Shown here: one piece after another, positions 10,493 to 21,821 of the stretch
How positions within the stretch are numbered: the first letter of the stretch is position 1
How the letters are laid out: the number at the start of each line of letters is the position of its first letter
Origin: an uncultured beta proteobacterium
GTDB taxonomy: Bacteria; Pseudomonadota; Gammaproteobacteria; Burkholderiales; Burkholderiaceae_C
Assembly (NCBI GenBank): GCA_963831255.1
Contig: CAWHPI010000002.1
Location: 48,100-112,099, forward strand
DNA: 64,000 bases
Direction: 5' to 3'
Notes under the pieces: generated by a model
Database searches by the model: none
What the model was told of the DNA's origin: nothing
Seen by the model: only the letters and a program-made list of their open reading frames with translations
Translations under genes and position numbers: made by a program

Positions 10493-11444
10493 CTACATTC
10501 GCCTGGCCTGCGGATGGTCCGTTCCCGCCCAGAAATCCGCCTGCCCGTAGTGGTGCTTCAGAAAGTCGATCCACAGCCGCACCCGCAAGCGCCAGGTGTT
10601 TGCGCTGCGGAAACAAGGCGTAGATGCCGTTGGGCGGCGCGGCGAAGTCGTCGAGCACGGTTTCCAGTCGGCCGGCGGCAATGTCGTTTTCCACTTCCCA
10701 GGTGCTGCGCCAGGCGATGCCGTAACCCGCCAGGCACCACCCGTGCAGCACCTGGCCGTCGCTGCAGTCCAGCGGACCGCCGGGCTTGAGGTGAATCACT
10801 TCGGGAGCGCTGCCTTCTTCCTTGCTCACAGCAAACGCCCAGCCGCGCGTCTGTGACGCGTCGCTGCTGAGCGTGAGGCAGTCAAAGCGCACCAGGTCGG
10901 CCGGCGTCAGCGGCCGGCCGTGTTGCTGCAGGTATTTCGGCGTGGCCACACACAGGCGGCGGTTGTCGGCCAGGCGCACGCTCACGAGCGACGAGTCGGG
11001 CAGCTCGCCCACGCGCACCGCGCAGTCGTAGCCCTCGCCGGTCACGTCCACCACCCGGTCGCTCAGATTGAGCGAAATCGTCACCTCGGGATGCAGCTCG
11101 CGAAAGCGCGGCACCAGCGGCGCCACGTGCCGGCGCCCGAAACCGGCCGGCGCGGTGATGCGCAAATGCCCGCTGGCCTTCACCCCGCCCGCGCTCACAC
11201 TGGCCTCGGCGTTGGCCACCTCGGTCAGCAGGCGCTGGCAGTCTTCCAGGAAGGCACTGCCTTCGTGGGTGAGGGTGATGCGCCGCGTGGTGCGCACCAT
11301 GAGCTTCACGCCCAGCCGCGCCTCCAGCGCATCGAGCCGGCGCCCGATGATGGCGGGCGCCACGCCCTCGGCACGGGCTGCGGCGGTGAGGCTGCCGCGG
11401 CTTGCGACTGAGACGAAGGTTTCGAACTGCTTGAGCTTGTCCAT
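10493..11444 (-). CDS. LysR-family transcriptional regulator (indel near 10590)
   Basis: HTH GSLTAAARAEGVAPAIIGRRLDALE, GHLRITAPAGFGRRHVAP; C-terminus continues in second frame (LRVRLWIDFLK). Confidence 0.92.
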
Positions 11445-11456
11445 GGGCCGTGTCGC

Positions 11457-12662
11457 TCAGAGAGCCGCTGCGCCGGATGCCGACAGACGCTCGATCGCCG
11501 CCTCCCCATAACCCAGCGCCCCCAGCAACTCCGCGTTGTGCTCGCCCAGCCGGGGCGGGCTCAGGCGCACGCCGGGGCGCTGGCCGTCGAGGGTGAGCGG
11601 GAACAGCACGGTGGGCGCGGTCTGGCCGGCGCGCTCGCCGTCGGGCAGGGTGATGGGGGCCAGGCCGCCGGTGGCGTTGAGGTGCGGGTCGTCGAGCAGG
11701 TCGTGCGGGCGGGTGATGGGCGCAAACGGCAGGCCTTCGCGCTCGAACACCTCGGCCAGCTCGGCGGCGCTGCGGCCGGCCAGGCGCTGGCGCAGTTCGG
11801 GCACCAGCCAGCTGCGCTCGCGCACGCGGTGGTTGTTGCTGGGCAGGCGCGGGTCGGCCTTGAGGTCGTCAAAGCCGAAGGCCTTGCAGAAGATGTCCCA
11901 CTGGGTGTCGCTCACCACCGCCAGAAAGATCTGCTCGCCGTCTTTCACGCTGAACACGTCGTAAATGCCCCAGGACGAGATGCGCTCGGGCATGGGCGCG
12001 GCGGGCTGGCCGGTCACGGCGTACTGCATCATGTGCTGCGCCACCAGGAAGACGTTGTTCTCGAACAGCGCGCTCTCCACCTTCTGGCCCAGGCCAGTGG
12101 TTTCGCGCGCCTTGAGCGCGGCCATGACGCCGATGGCGCCGAACAGGCCGCCCATGATGTCGTTCACGCTGCTGCCCGCGCGCAGCGGGTCGCCGGGGCG
12201 CCCGGTCATGTAGGCCAGGCCGCCCATCATCTGCACCACTTCGTCGAGCGCGGTGCGGTGGTCGTACGGGCCGGGCAAGAAGCCCTTGTGGCTGACGTAG
12301 ATCAGGCGCGGGTTGAGCTTGCTCAGGCTCTCGTAATCGAGCCCGAGCTTTTGCATGGTCTCGGTCTTGAAGTTTTCGCTCACCACGTCGGCGGTGGCGA
12401 TGAGCCTGAGCACCGCTTCCTTGCCCTCGGGCGTGTGCAGGTCCAGCGCCAGGCTTTTCTTGTTGCGGTTGAACAGCGGGAAGAAGCCCGCGCCCGAGCC
12501 GAGCAGGCGCCGCGTGTTGTCGCCTTTCAGCGGCTCGACCTTGATCACCTCGGCGCCCAGGTCGCCCAGCACCATGCCGCAGGTGGGGCCCATGACCATG
12601 TGGGTGAATTCGACGACGCGAATGCCGGCGTAGGGCAGGTGGTTGGCTGCTGGGGTGCTCAT
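11457..12662 (-). CDS. CaiB/BaiF family III CoA-transferase
   Basis: GIRVVEF, GPTCGMVLGDLGAEVIKVEP, NRNKKS, PPRLGEH. Confidence 0.93.
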   Translation of the reverse strand: MSTPAANHLPYAGIRVVEFTHMVMGPTCGMVLGDLGAEVIKVEPLKGDNTRRLLGSGAGFFPLFNRNKKSLALDLHTPEGKEAVLRLIATADVVSENFKTETMQKLGLDYESLSKLNPRLIYVSHKGFLPGPYDHRTALDEVVQMMGGLAYMTGRPGDPLRAGSSVNDIMGGLFGAIGVMAALKARETTGLGQKVESALFENNVFLVAQHMMQYAVTGQPAAPMPERISSWGIYDVFSVKDGEQIFLAVVSDTQWDIFCKAFGFDDLKADPRLPSNNHRVRERSWLVPELRQRLAGRSAAELAEVFEREGLPFAPITRPHDLLDDPHLNATGGLAPITLPDGERAGQTAPTVLFPLTLDGQRPGVRLSPPRLGEHNAELLGALGYGEAAIERLSASGAAAL

Positions 12663-12666
12663 GGGC

Positions 12667-13627
12667 TCAGTGCGTGTTGGTATGTGTGAAAGGCGTCCAG
12701 CCCTTGGGCAGACCCGCCAGCGGCGTCATGCCGTGCAGGGGTTCGCCGGGCAGGCCGGCCTGCAGCGGCGCGCGCGCGGCCAGCAGGCGCTCAAGGTCGA
12801 CGCCGGTGCGCACGCCCATGGCCTCGAACATGAAGACCAGGTCTTCGGTGACCACGTTGCCGCTGGCGCCGGGCGCGTAGGGGCAGCCGCCCAGGCCGGC
12901 GAGCGAGCTGTCGAAGCTGCGCACGCCGGCATCAAAGGCGGCGAGGCAGTTGGCCAGGCCCAGGCCGCGGGTGTTGTGCAGGTGAGCGGCGCCCGGCGCG
13001 GTCGCCGAGCTCGGCGCGCAGGCGGGTGAACAGGCGGCGCACCTGCGCCGGGTTGGCCATGCCGGTGGTGTCGGACAGACCCACCTCGTCCACCCCCGCC
13101 CCCACGCAGTCCAGCGCCAGACGGATCACATCGTCTTCGCTCACCGCGCCCTGCAAGGTGCAGCCGAACGCGGTGGACAGGCCCACCTCCAGCGCCACGC
13201 CGGGCGCGGTGTCGCGCCGCAGCGCGGCCACGGCGCGCAGCTCATCCAGCATCTGCGCGCGGGTCTTGCGCACGTTGGCCAGCGAATGCGCTTCGCTGGC
13301 CGACACCGGCATGGTGATCTTGTGCACCCCGGCGGCGAACGCCGCTTCGGCGCCGCGGGCGTTGGGCACCAGCGCCATGATGGTCAGGCGCGGGTGGGTA
13401 GCGGTGTGGCTGAGGGCGTGGCGAACCACCTCGGCGGCGTCGGCCATCTGCGGCAGCAGGCGCGCGGGCACGAAGGACGCCACCTCGATCTCGCGCAAGC
13501 CTGCGGCCACCAGCGCGTCGATCCAGCGGCACTTGTCTGCCGTGGGCATGGTCGCGGCGACCGACTGCAGGCCATCGCGGGGGCCGACCTCGCTGATGAG
13601 CACGTCCGGGGCGGGGTTTGGCAGCAT
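12667..13627 (-). CDS. HMG-CoA lyase family (DRE-TIM) acyl-CoA lyase (indel near 12990)
   Basis: [41 protein letters not shown]. Confidence 0.92.
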
Positions 13628-13737
13628 GGCCGCATCGTACCGCCTGGCCCCGGCGGCCGACTGCACTCAGAAAAGTCACAGGTCAAACCCCTGCAGGGTT
13701 TTTAATGGTGGACAAAGGTTGGAATACAGTGAGAGGC

Positions 13738-14443
13738 ATGAAAAAGCCCCGCGCCGTCCTGTTTGACGCCTATGGCACGCTGTTCGACGTGTACAGCATC
13801 GCCATGCTCGCCGAGCAGCTGTTTCCTGGCCAGGGCCAGCGGCTCGCCCTGCTCTGGCGCGACAAGCAGATTGAGTACACCCGCCTCATCACCACCAGCA
13901 ACCACGGCGCGCACTACCAGCCGTTCTGGACGCTGACCGAGTCCGCGCTGCGTTACGCCATCAAGGTGGTGGCACCCGCCGCGCGCACCGAATGGGCCAC
14001 CGGCGGCTTTGAAGACCACCACCGCGCGCTCATGGGCCAGTACCGCCACCTCTCGGGCTTTCCGGAAACGCGCGCCGTGCTCACGGCGCTTGCGCGAACG
14101 CGGCCTCAAGACCGGCATCCTGTCCAACGGCGACCCGGAGATGCTGGGCATTTCGGTGCGCAGCGCCGGGCTCGAAGAATTGCTCGACCACGTGATCAGC
14201 GTGGACCCGGTGCGCCTGTTCAAGACCGCGCCCGAGGCCTACGCCCTGGGCCCGGCGGCCACGGGCGTGCCGGCGGCCGAGACGCTGTTCGTCAGCTCCA
14301 ACAGCTGGGACGCGCTCGCCGCCACCTGGTACGGCTACCAGACGCTCTGGGTCAACCGCCAGAACGCGCCGTTTGAAGAGCTGGGCACCGCGCCGCACCG
14401 CATCGGCAGCAGCCTGCAAGACGTCCTGACCTACCTCGACTGA
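13738..14443 (+). CDS. Haloacid dehalogenase type II (indel near 14090)
   Basis: [35 protein letters not shown]. Confidence 0.9.
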
Positions 14444-14499
14444 CCGCTTCGTTTTCACCCCCATTCCCTGATTTTTTTCTCGCCTCGATGGAGCAACGC

Positions 14500-16739
14500 A
14501 TGACCACCCACACAACCCCCCGCACCCCCATTCACGGCCTGCAGGTCGCCACCGAGCTGTTCGAGTTCATCAACAGCCAGGTGCTGCCCGGCACCGGCGT
14601 GTCGAGCGACACCTTCTGGAAAGGCTTCGACGCCATCGTGAGCCGACCTGGCGCCCAAGAACGCCGCCCTGCTCGCCGAGCGCGACCGCCTGCAGACCGA
14701 GCTGGACACCTGGCACAGCGCCAACCCCGGCCCGATCGCGCGACATGGTGGCCTACCGCCAGTTTCTGGAAACCATCGGCTACCTCGTGCCCGAGCCGAA
14801 AAAGGTCAAGGCCACCACGAAGAACGTGGACGACGAGCTGGCCATGCAGGCCGGCCCGCAACTGGTGGTGCCGATCCTGAACGCCCGCTACGCGCTCAAC
14901 GCCGCCAACGCGCGCTGGGGCAGCCTGTACGACGCGCTCTACGGCACCGACGTGATCAGCGAAGACAAGGGCTGCGGCAAAGTGGCCAAGGCAAGAAGGG
15001 CGGCTACAACCCCAAGCGCGGCGCCAAGGTCATTGAATACGCGCGCCACGTGCTCGACCGCTGCGCGCCGCTGAAGAAGGGCTCGCATGTGGGCTCCACG
15101 GCTACAAGATCAACAAGGATGGCGAACTGGTCGTTGGCCTGGCCGAAGGCGGCACGGCCAAGCTGGCCGACAAGACCCAGTTCGTGGGCTACCAGGGCGA
15201 AACCAAGGCGCCCAGCGCCGTGCTGCTCAAGCACAACGGCCTGCACCTGGAGATCCAGATCAACCGCGCCACGCCGATTGGCGCCAGCGACGCCGCCGGC
15301 GTGAGCGACCTGGTGGTGGAAGCCGCGCTGTCCACCATCCTCGACCTGGAAGACTCGGTGGCCGCGGTGGATGCCGAAGACAAGGTGCTGGCCTACCGCA
15401 ACTGGCTCGGCATCTTGCAGGGCACGCTGATCGAGAGCTTCGAGCAAGGGCGGCAAGACCATGACCCGCGGCCTCAACGCCGACCGCGTCTACACCGCAC
15501 CCAACGGCAAAGCGAACGGTGTGCGCCTGCACGGCCGCTCGCTCATGTTCGTGCGCAACGTCGGCCACCTGATGACCAACCCCGCCATCCTCTGGGGCGC
15601 CGAGGGCAAAGAAATCCCCGAAGGCATTCTGGACGCGATGGTCACCACCACCATCGCCCTGCACGATCTCAAGCGCAACAAGAAAGACGCGATCCGCAAC
15701 TCGCGCAAGGGCTCGGTCTACATCGTCAAGCCCAAGATGCACGGCCCGCGCGAAGTGGCGTTTGCCGCCGAGCTGTTTGGCCGCGTCGAGCAGGTGCTGG
15801 GCCTGCCGGACAGCACCGTCAAGCTGGGCATCATGGACGAAGAGCGCCGCACCAGCGTCAACCTGAAGGCCTGCATCGCCGCCGCCGCCAGCCGCGTGGC
15901 CTTCATCAACACCGGCTTCCTGGACCGCACCGGCGACGAGATGCACAGCGCCATGCAGGCCGGCCCCATGGTCCGCAAGGGCGACATGAAGACCAGCGCC
16001 TGGATCCAGGCCTACGAGCACAACAACGTGCTGGTGGGCCTGGCCTGCGGCCTGCGCGGCAAGGCGCAGATCGGCAAGGGCATGTGGGCCATGCCCGACC
16101 TGATGAAGGCCATGATGGAGCAGAAGATCGCCCACCCCAAGGCCGGCGCCAACACCGCCTGGGTGCCCAGCCCCACCGGCGCCACGCTGCACGCGCTGCA
16201 CTACCACCAGGTGCTGGTGTCGCGACGTGCAGAAAGAGCCTGGAGAAGATCGACGCCGACGCAGGAGCGCGACAACCTGCTCACCGGCCTGCTCACCGTG
16301 CCGGTGATCGCGCAACCCCAACTGGAGCGCGACCGAAAAGCAGCAGGAGCTGGACAACAACGCCCAAGGCATTCTGGGCTACGTGGTGCGCTGGGTCGAC
16401 CAGGGCGTGGGCTGCTCCAAGGTGCCCGACATCCACAACGTCGGCCTGATGGAAGACCGCGCCACGCTGCGCATCTCCAGCCAGCACATGGCCAACTGGC
16501 TGCACCACGGCGTGGTGACCGAAGCGCAGGTCAACGAAGACCTTCGAGCGCATGGCCGCCGTGGTCGACGGCCAGAACGCCGGCGACCCGCTCTACAAGC
16601 CGATGGCCGGCAACTTCAAGACACAGCATGGCCTACCAGGCCGCGCTGCGATCTGGTGTTCAAGGGCAAGGAGCAGCCCAGCGGCTACACCGAGCCGCTG
16701 CTGCACGCCTGGCGCCTGAAGGTGAAGGCCGCCGCGTAA
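14500..16739 (+). CDS. glcB: Malate synthase G (several indels)
   Basis: [83 protein letters not shown]. Confidence 0.97.
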
Positions 16740-16745
16740 GGCCCA

Positions 16746-16827
16746 CCCCCGCGCCGCACCTGCGGTGCGTCACCCCCTCAAGGGGGCAACGCCTGCGGCC
16801 TGGCAAAGCCAGTTCCGCGGCGTTCTG
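16746..16827 (-). repeat. REP-like repeat family A copy 2
   Basis: Reverse complement GCCGCGGAACTGGCTTTGCCAGGCCGCAGGCG...CCCCCTTGAGGGGG...GCGGCGCGGGGG; begins just after glcB stop. Confidence 0.85.
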
Positions 16828-16860
16828 TACAAAAAAACATCCCCGCCGGAGACGACCGCT

Positions 16861-18447
16861 GTGATCCACACCCTCAAAGCCCTGGGCGGCATGCACGTGG
16901 CGCCTCACCACCTGGCGGCGCAGGCCGGGCGCGACGTGTTGCGCGACGGCGGCAATGCGGTGGAGGCCATGGTGGCCGCCGCGGCGGCGATCGCCGTGGT
17001 CTACCCACACATGAACGCCATCGGTGGCGACGGCTTCTGGCTGATCCACGAACCGGGCAAGCTGCCGGTGGCGATCGACGCCTGCGGCTCCTCGGCGGCT
17101 CTGGCCACACCGGATTTTTACGCCGGGCTGGACGCGATTCCCTCGCGCGGTCCCACCGCCGCGCTCACCGTGGCCGGCACCATCGGCGGCTGGGCCAAGG
17201 CGCTGGAAGTGGCGGCCCCTTGGGGTGCCGCCTTGCCGCTTTCTCGCCTGTTGGCCGATGCCATTCGCCACGCGCAGCAGGGCGTGGCCGTGACCACCAG
17301 CCAGGCGGCCCTCACGCGCGAGAAGTTCGACGGTCTGAAGGACGCACCCGGCTTTGCCGAAACGTATCTGGTCAACGGCCAGCCGCCAGAGCCCGGTCAC
17401 ATCCTCAAGCAAGCGGCCCTGGGCGCCACGCTGTCGCAACTCGCCGAGCGCGGGCTGGACGACTTCTACCGCGGTGACCTCGCGGCGCGCATGGGCGCCG
17501 AGCTGGAGCGCGTGGGCAGCCCGCTGCGTGCCAGCGACCTCGCGGCCTACCGCGCGCAAATCGTCGAGCCGCTCGCGGTGCGGCTGAACGACAGCACGGT
17601 CTACAACCTGCCGCCGCCCACACAGGGGCTCTCGGCGCTGATGATCCTGGGTCTGTTCGAACGCCTGGGTGTCACGGACGGCGAAGGCTTTGCCCACCTG
17701 CACGGGCTGGTGGAAGCGACCAAGCGCGCGTTTCGCGTGCGCGAGCGCGTGGTCACCGACCCACAGCGCGCGCCGGCCGACCCGCGCAGCTTCCTCACCC
17801 CCGAAGCGCTGGACGAACTGGCGGCGCAGATCGATCCGCAACGCGCCCTGCCCTGGCCCGACACCGCTGCGCCCGGCGACACCATCTGGATGGGCTGTAT
17901 CGACGCGCAAGGCCGCTCGGTCAGCTTCATCCAGAGCGTTTACTGGGAATTCGGCTCGGGCACCGTGCTGAGCGGCACCGGCGTGTGCTGGCAGAACCGC
18001 GGCACCAGCTTTTCGCTGAACCCGAAGGCGCTCAACGCGCTCCTGCCCGGCCACAAGCCCTTCCACACCCTGAACCCGTCGCTGGCGCTGTTCGACGACG
18101 GCCGCGTCATGCCCTACGGCACCATGGGCGGCGAAGGCCAGCCGCAGACCCAGGCCGCCATCTTCACGCGCTACGCGCGCTTCGGCCAGACGCTGCAGCA
18201 AGCGGTGACCGCGCCGCGCTGGCTGCTCGGCCGCACCTGGGGCGGCGTGAGCACCTCGCTCAAGCTGGAAAGCCGGTTCGACCCCGCGCTGGTGCAGCAG
18301 CTGCGCGATGCCGGCCACGAGGTGGAGGTGCTGCCTGAGGCCTTCAGCGACACCATGGGCCACGCCGGCGCGCTGGTGCGCCACCCCAACGGCGTGATCG
18401 AAGGCGCGGCCGATCCGCGCAGCGACGGCATCGTGGCCGCACTGTGA
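16861..18447 (+). CDS. Gamma-glutamyltransferase-family Ntn hydrolase, HpxW (oxamate amidohydrolase)-like
   Basis: [25 protein letters not shown], nucleophile context [36 protein letters not shown]. Confidence 0.88.
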   Translation: MIHTLKALGGMHVAPHHLAAQAGRDVLRDGGNAVEAMVAAAAAIAVVYPHMNAIGGDGFWLIHEPGKLPVAIDACGSSAALATPDFYAGLDAIPSRGPTAALTVAGTIGGWAKALEVAAPWGAALPLSRLLADAIRHAQQGVAVTTSQAALTREKFDGLKDAPGFAETYLVNGQPPEPGHILKQAALGATLSQLAERGLDDFYRGDLAARMGAELERVGSPLRASDLAAYRAQIVEPLAVRLNDSTVYNLPPPTQGLSALMILGLFERLGVTDGEGFAHLHGLVEATKRAFRVRERVVTDPQRAPADPRSFLTPEALDELAAQIDPQRALPWPDTAAPGDTIWMGCIDAQGRSVSFIQSVYWEFGSGTVLSGTGVCWQNRGTSFSLNPKALNALLPGHKPFHTLNPSLALFDDGRVMPYGTMGGEGQPQTQAAIFTRYARFGQTLQQAVTAPRWLLGRTWGGVSTSLKLESRFDPALVQQLRDAGHEVEVLPEAFSDTMGHAGALVRHPNGVIEGAADPRSDGIVAAL

Positions 18448-18469
18448 GCGTATGCCCAGCGACAGCGCA

Positions 18470-18764
18470 ATGGCGCTGAGCTACCTGATCTTCGACGCCA
18501 GCGACGACGGCGAAGGCACCGGCACCTGGGAAGCCATGGCCAGCGTGCGCGGTGACGAATTGCCCACGGTGCTGGCCGAAGTGGCCAGTGTGATCGCCGC
18601 AGCACAGGCCGACGCGCCCGGACCTCGCGGCGCGCTGGACGAAGGCGGCGCATGGGATGCCGAGCAGCAGGTGCAGACCGACGGCGACTGGACCACGGTG
18701 ACACTGACGATCACCGGGCCCGTGGGAATGGGGCGAGGCGCTGGTGGAACGCTTCACCAACTGA
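18470..18764 (+). CDS. Small acidic hypothetical protein (indel near 18722)
   Basis: YLIFDASDDGEGTGTWEAMASV...GPRGALDEGGAWD; plausible C-terminus WEWGEALVERFTN-stop in a shifted frame. Confidence 0.6.
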
Positions 18765-18772
18765 CCCTGTTG

Positions 18773-19587
18773 TCAGCGGCCCTTGAACACCGCCGCCCGC
18801 TTCTCACGAAACGACGCCACGCCTTCTTTCGCATCCTCGCTCTGCGCCAGGCGCTGCTGCACCGTTTCGAACTCGGCCTGCGCCACGATGGCGCCTTGCT
18901 CCACCGCGAGCACGGCGTTGCGCCGGGTTTCCATCACCGCCAGCGGCGCTTGCTCCGCGATGGTCTGGGCGATGCGCAGCGCCTCATCGAACTCGGTGCT
19001 GGCGGGCACGACACGCTGTACGTAGTTCAAGCGGAGCGCCTCCGCGCTGCCGAATTCATCGCCGGTGAGCAGGTGAAGCAAGGCGTTGCCCAGGCCAGAA
19101 CGCTCGGCCATGCGCAGCGTGGCGCCGCCGGTGGCCATGATGCCGCGCTTGACTTCGAGTTGGGAGAAGCGGCAGTTGTCGGCGGCCACCACGATGTCGG
19201 CGGCGAGCATGAGCTCGATGCCCAGCGTGTAGGTGATGCCCTTGACCGCCACCACCATGGGCTTGGCGCGGCGGCGCCAGCGCGCGTCCCCCAGGTCCAC
19301 CGGATCGACCCAGCCCTCGGGCACCGGCGATTCGCCGCGCTGCATCAGCGGCGCAAAACTGGGCAGATCGAGCCCGGCGGTGAAGTGATCGCCGTGCGCG
19401 TGCAGCAGGCCCACGCGCAGGGCAGGGTCGTCGTCGAGCCGGGTGTAGGCCTCGGCCAGGGCGCGCAGCATGGCGGGCGTGAAGCCGTTGCGTTTGGCCG
19501 GGCGGTCGATGCCGATCAGCAGCACATGGCCGCGCGGCTCGGTGGTGATGCGGCCTTCGGTCGGGTGGGTGTGGCGGAGGTGTTCAT
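18773..19587 (-). CDS. Enoyl-CoA hydratase/crotonase family protein (indel near 19530)
   Basis: DRPAKRNGF, FTAGLDL, ELMLAADIVVA, EDAKEGVASFREKR. Confidence 0.92.
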
Positions 19588-19650
19588 GTTTTCATCATGG
19601 CGAACAATCGCCCCTGGTCAGCGGTCACGCAGGCGTCAAGCCGGTGCCGC

Positions 19651-20388
19651 TCACTCGGCGCGGGCCGCAGCGAACAGCCGGGCCAGGTCGGCCTGGCGGC
19701 TGAGTTCGTCGAACCAGACCTGGTAGCCGGCATCGCTCGGGTGCAGGCCGTCGCGTGCGTGCAGGCCCGGTTGCTGAACGAAGGGGTCGTTTTCCGGCGC
19801 CTGAAACAGGTTGATGTAGACCGCGCCATGGCGCTGCACCGCAGCCTGGATGAAGCCGTGCAGGCGCTCCGCGCGCGTGGTCATGAGCGAAGAGAACGGC
19901 GGGAAAAAGAACGGGGCGTTGCCGACGTTGCCGGCCGGCATGACGAGCACACGGCCGGCGCGCGCGGCGGCGAGTGAGACCGCGCGGTCGATGTCGGCGC
20001 GCATGGCGTCGTCACCGCGCAGGCGGATCACGTCGTTGCCACCGGCCTGGATCAGCACCACGTCGTAGCGGGCATCGTCTGCCTGCAGCTGCTGCACCAC
20101 GCCTTCAAAGGTGGCGCCATCGCGGGCAAGGTTGTCGATGCGCAGGCGCGGATAGGCCTGGGCCAGCAGTCCGGCCAGGCTGTTCTGTGGCGCGCTGGCA
20201 CCGGTGCCCACGCCGGTGCTGTCGCCCACGATGAGCAGGCGCAGGTTGGCGTTGGGCGGCGTGTGTTGAAACGGCTCGCTCTCGCGCGCCAGTTCGGCAG
20301 CGGCGCCGATGCGCGTGGCAGCGCAGCCACCGAGCACCAGCACCGCGATGGCGGCCGCGGCGCCCACAAGCATCAGCATGGTTTTCAT
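19651..20388 (-). CDS. SGNH/GDSL hydrolase lipoprotein
   Basis: Lipobox LGGC, GDST, GGND and DGLHP catalytic blocks. Confidence 0.9.
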   Translation of the reverse strand: MKTMLMLVGAAAAIAVLVLGGCAATRIGAAAELARESEPFQHTPPNANLRLLIVGDSTGVGTGASAPQNSLAGLLAQAYPRLRIDNLARDGATFEGVVQQLQADDARYDVVLIQAGGNDVIRLRGDDAMRADIDRAVSLAAARAGRVLVMPAGNVGNAPFFFPPFSSLMTTRAERLHGFIQAAVQRHGAVYINLFQAPENDPFVQQPGLHARDGLHPSDAGYQVWFDELSRQADLARLFAAARAE

Positions 20389-20527
20389 GCGGGCCAGTCT
20401 AGAACAAGCCTTCGGCCAGCGGCTGTAGGACAGGGCGCTGGCCTCGGCGGTGCGGGGTTTTCACGGGCCAGCTGCGCTTTGGTGGTTTCGGTCAGCGTCA
20501 GCAGGAGTCGCTGTGCCCCGCGCAGAT

Positions 20528-21818
20528 TCAGCGCAGCCGCTGCACGTCCTGCGGCAACACCGGGTTGGCACGGTTGCCCCAGGACTGGCGCAGGTGGCTG
20601 ACCACCGCCGCAATTTCGGCGTCGGTCAGCAGGGTGCGAAAGGGCGGCATGCCGAAGGGCTGCGGGTTGCCCACCGTGGCGGGCGCAAAACCGCCGCCCA
20701 GCACCGCCAGCACCGGGTTGGCGGCTGCGGGCTGGGTCACGGCGCGGTTGCCGGCCAGCGCGGGGTAGGCGCCGGGCGCGCCCTGGCCCTGCTGGCCGTG
20801 GCAATCGGCGCAGTGTTGACCGTAGATTTTTTCGCCCAGCGCGAGCTGCTCGCCGCGCGCTGGTTTGAAACTGGGCGGCGCGGTGGCTTGTGGCGCCAGC
20901 GCTTGCAGATAAACCGCCATGGCGCGCAGATCGGCTTGGCTGAGGTGCTGCGTGCTCTCGAACACCACCTCGGCCATCGGGCCCATCACCGACGCGCCGG
21001 CGGTGGTGCCGCGCTGCAGCAGCTCCAGCGTGCGCGCCGTGTCCCAGTGCTGCACCCCGGCCTCGCTCTCGGCGCGCAACGAGGGCGCCAACCAGGCCGG
21101 CGCTGGCAGGCGGCCGCCGGTGAGGTCGCCCGCCGGCCCGCCCAGCGCATCGCGTGCGGAATGGCAGGCTGCGCAGTGGCCCAGACCGCGCACCAGGTAG
21201 GCGCCGCGGTTCCATTCGGCGCTTTGCGCCGGCTCGGGTTTGAATGCCTGCGGGCTCGAAATACAGCGTGCGCCAGGCCGCCAGCGCGAGCTGGGTGTTG
21301 TAGGGCCAGCGCAGGGCGTGCGGCCGGTTGGTCTGAGACACGGCGGGCAGGCTACCGAGAAAGGCATGGATCGCGTCGCTGTCTTCGCGGCTCACGCGGG
21401 TGTAGCTGTCGTAGGGAAACGCGGGCACGAGCAGGCGGCCGTCGCGCGACTGGCCGTGGTGCATGGCGCGCCAGAAGGCCTCGCTGCTCCAGCGGCCCAG
21501 GCCGGTTTCGGCGTCGGGCGTGAGGTTGCTGGCGAAGACGGTGCCAAACGGGGTCGGGATGGCGCGGCCGCCGGCATACGGCTGGCCACCGCGCGCGCTG
21601 TGACAGCCCGCGCAATTGCCGGCGCGCGCCAGGTAAGCACCGCGCTCGACCAGCGCAGGGTCGGCCGCCACAGCGCGGAGCCGGCAGCACCGGCAAGGCG
21701 GGTGCCGCCATCTCGCGCCACAAAAGGGACGCCACCGCGAGCGCGGCCAGACCGCCGCAGCAGCGGCGAAGCGCAGCAGGCGCCGCACGGCAGACCGTTG
21801 AGACTTGCTTGCTGCCAC
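20528..21818 (-). CDS. Triheme cytochrome c (membrane dehydrogenase cytochrome subunit-like; indels)
   Basis: CAGCH, CAACH and CADCH; RGAYLARAG and TPFGTVFASNLTPD motifs spread across frames. Confidence 0.85.
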
Positions 21819-21821
21819 GGT

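Noticed and set aside
18452-19726. 424-aa ORF as a fusion protein
   Set aside because: Read-through caused by an indel in a small gene, continuing antisense to the enoyl-CoA hydratase
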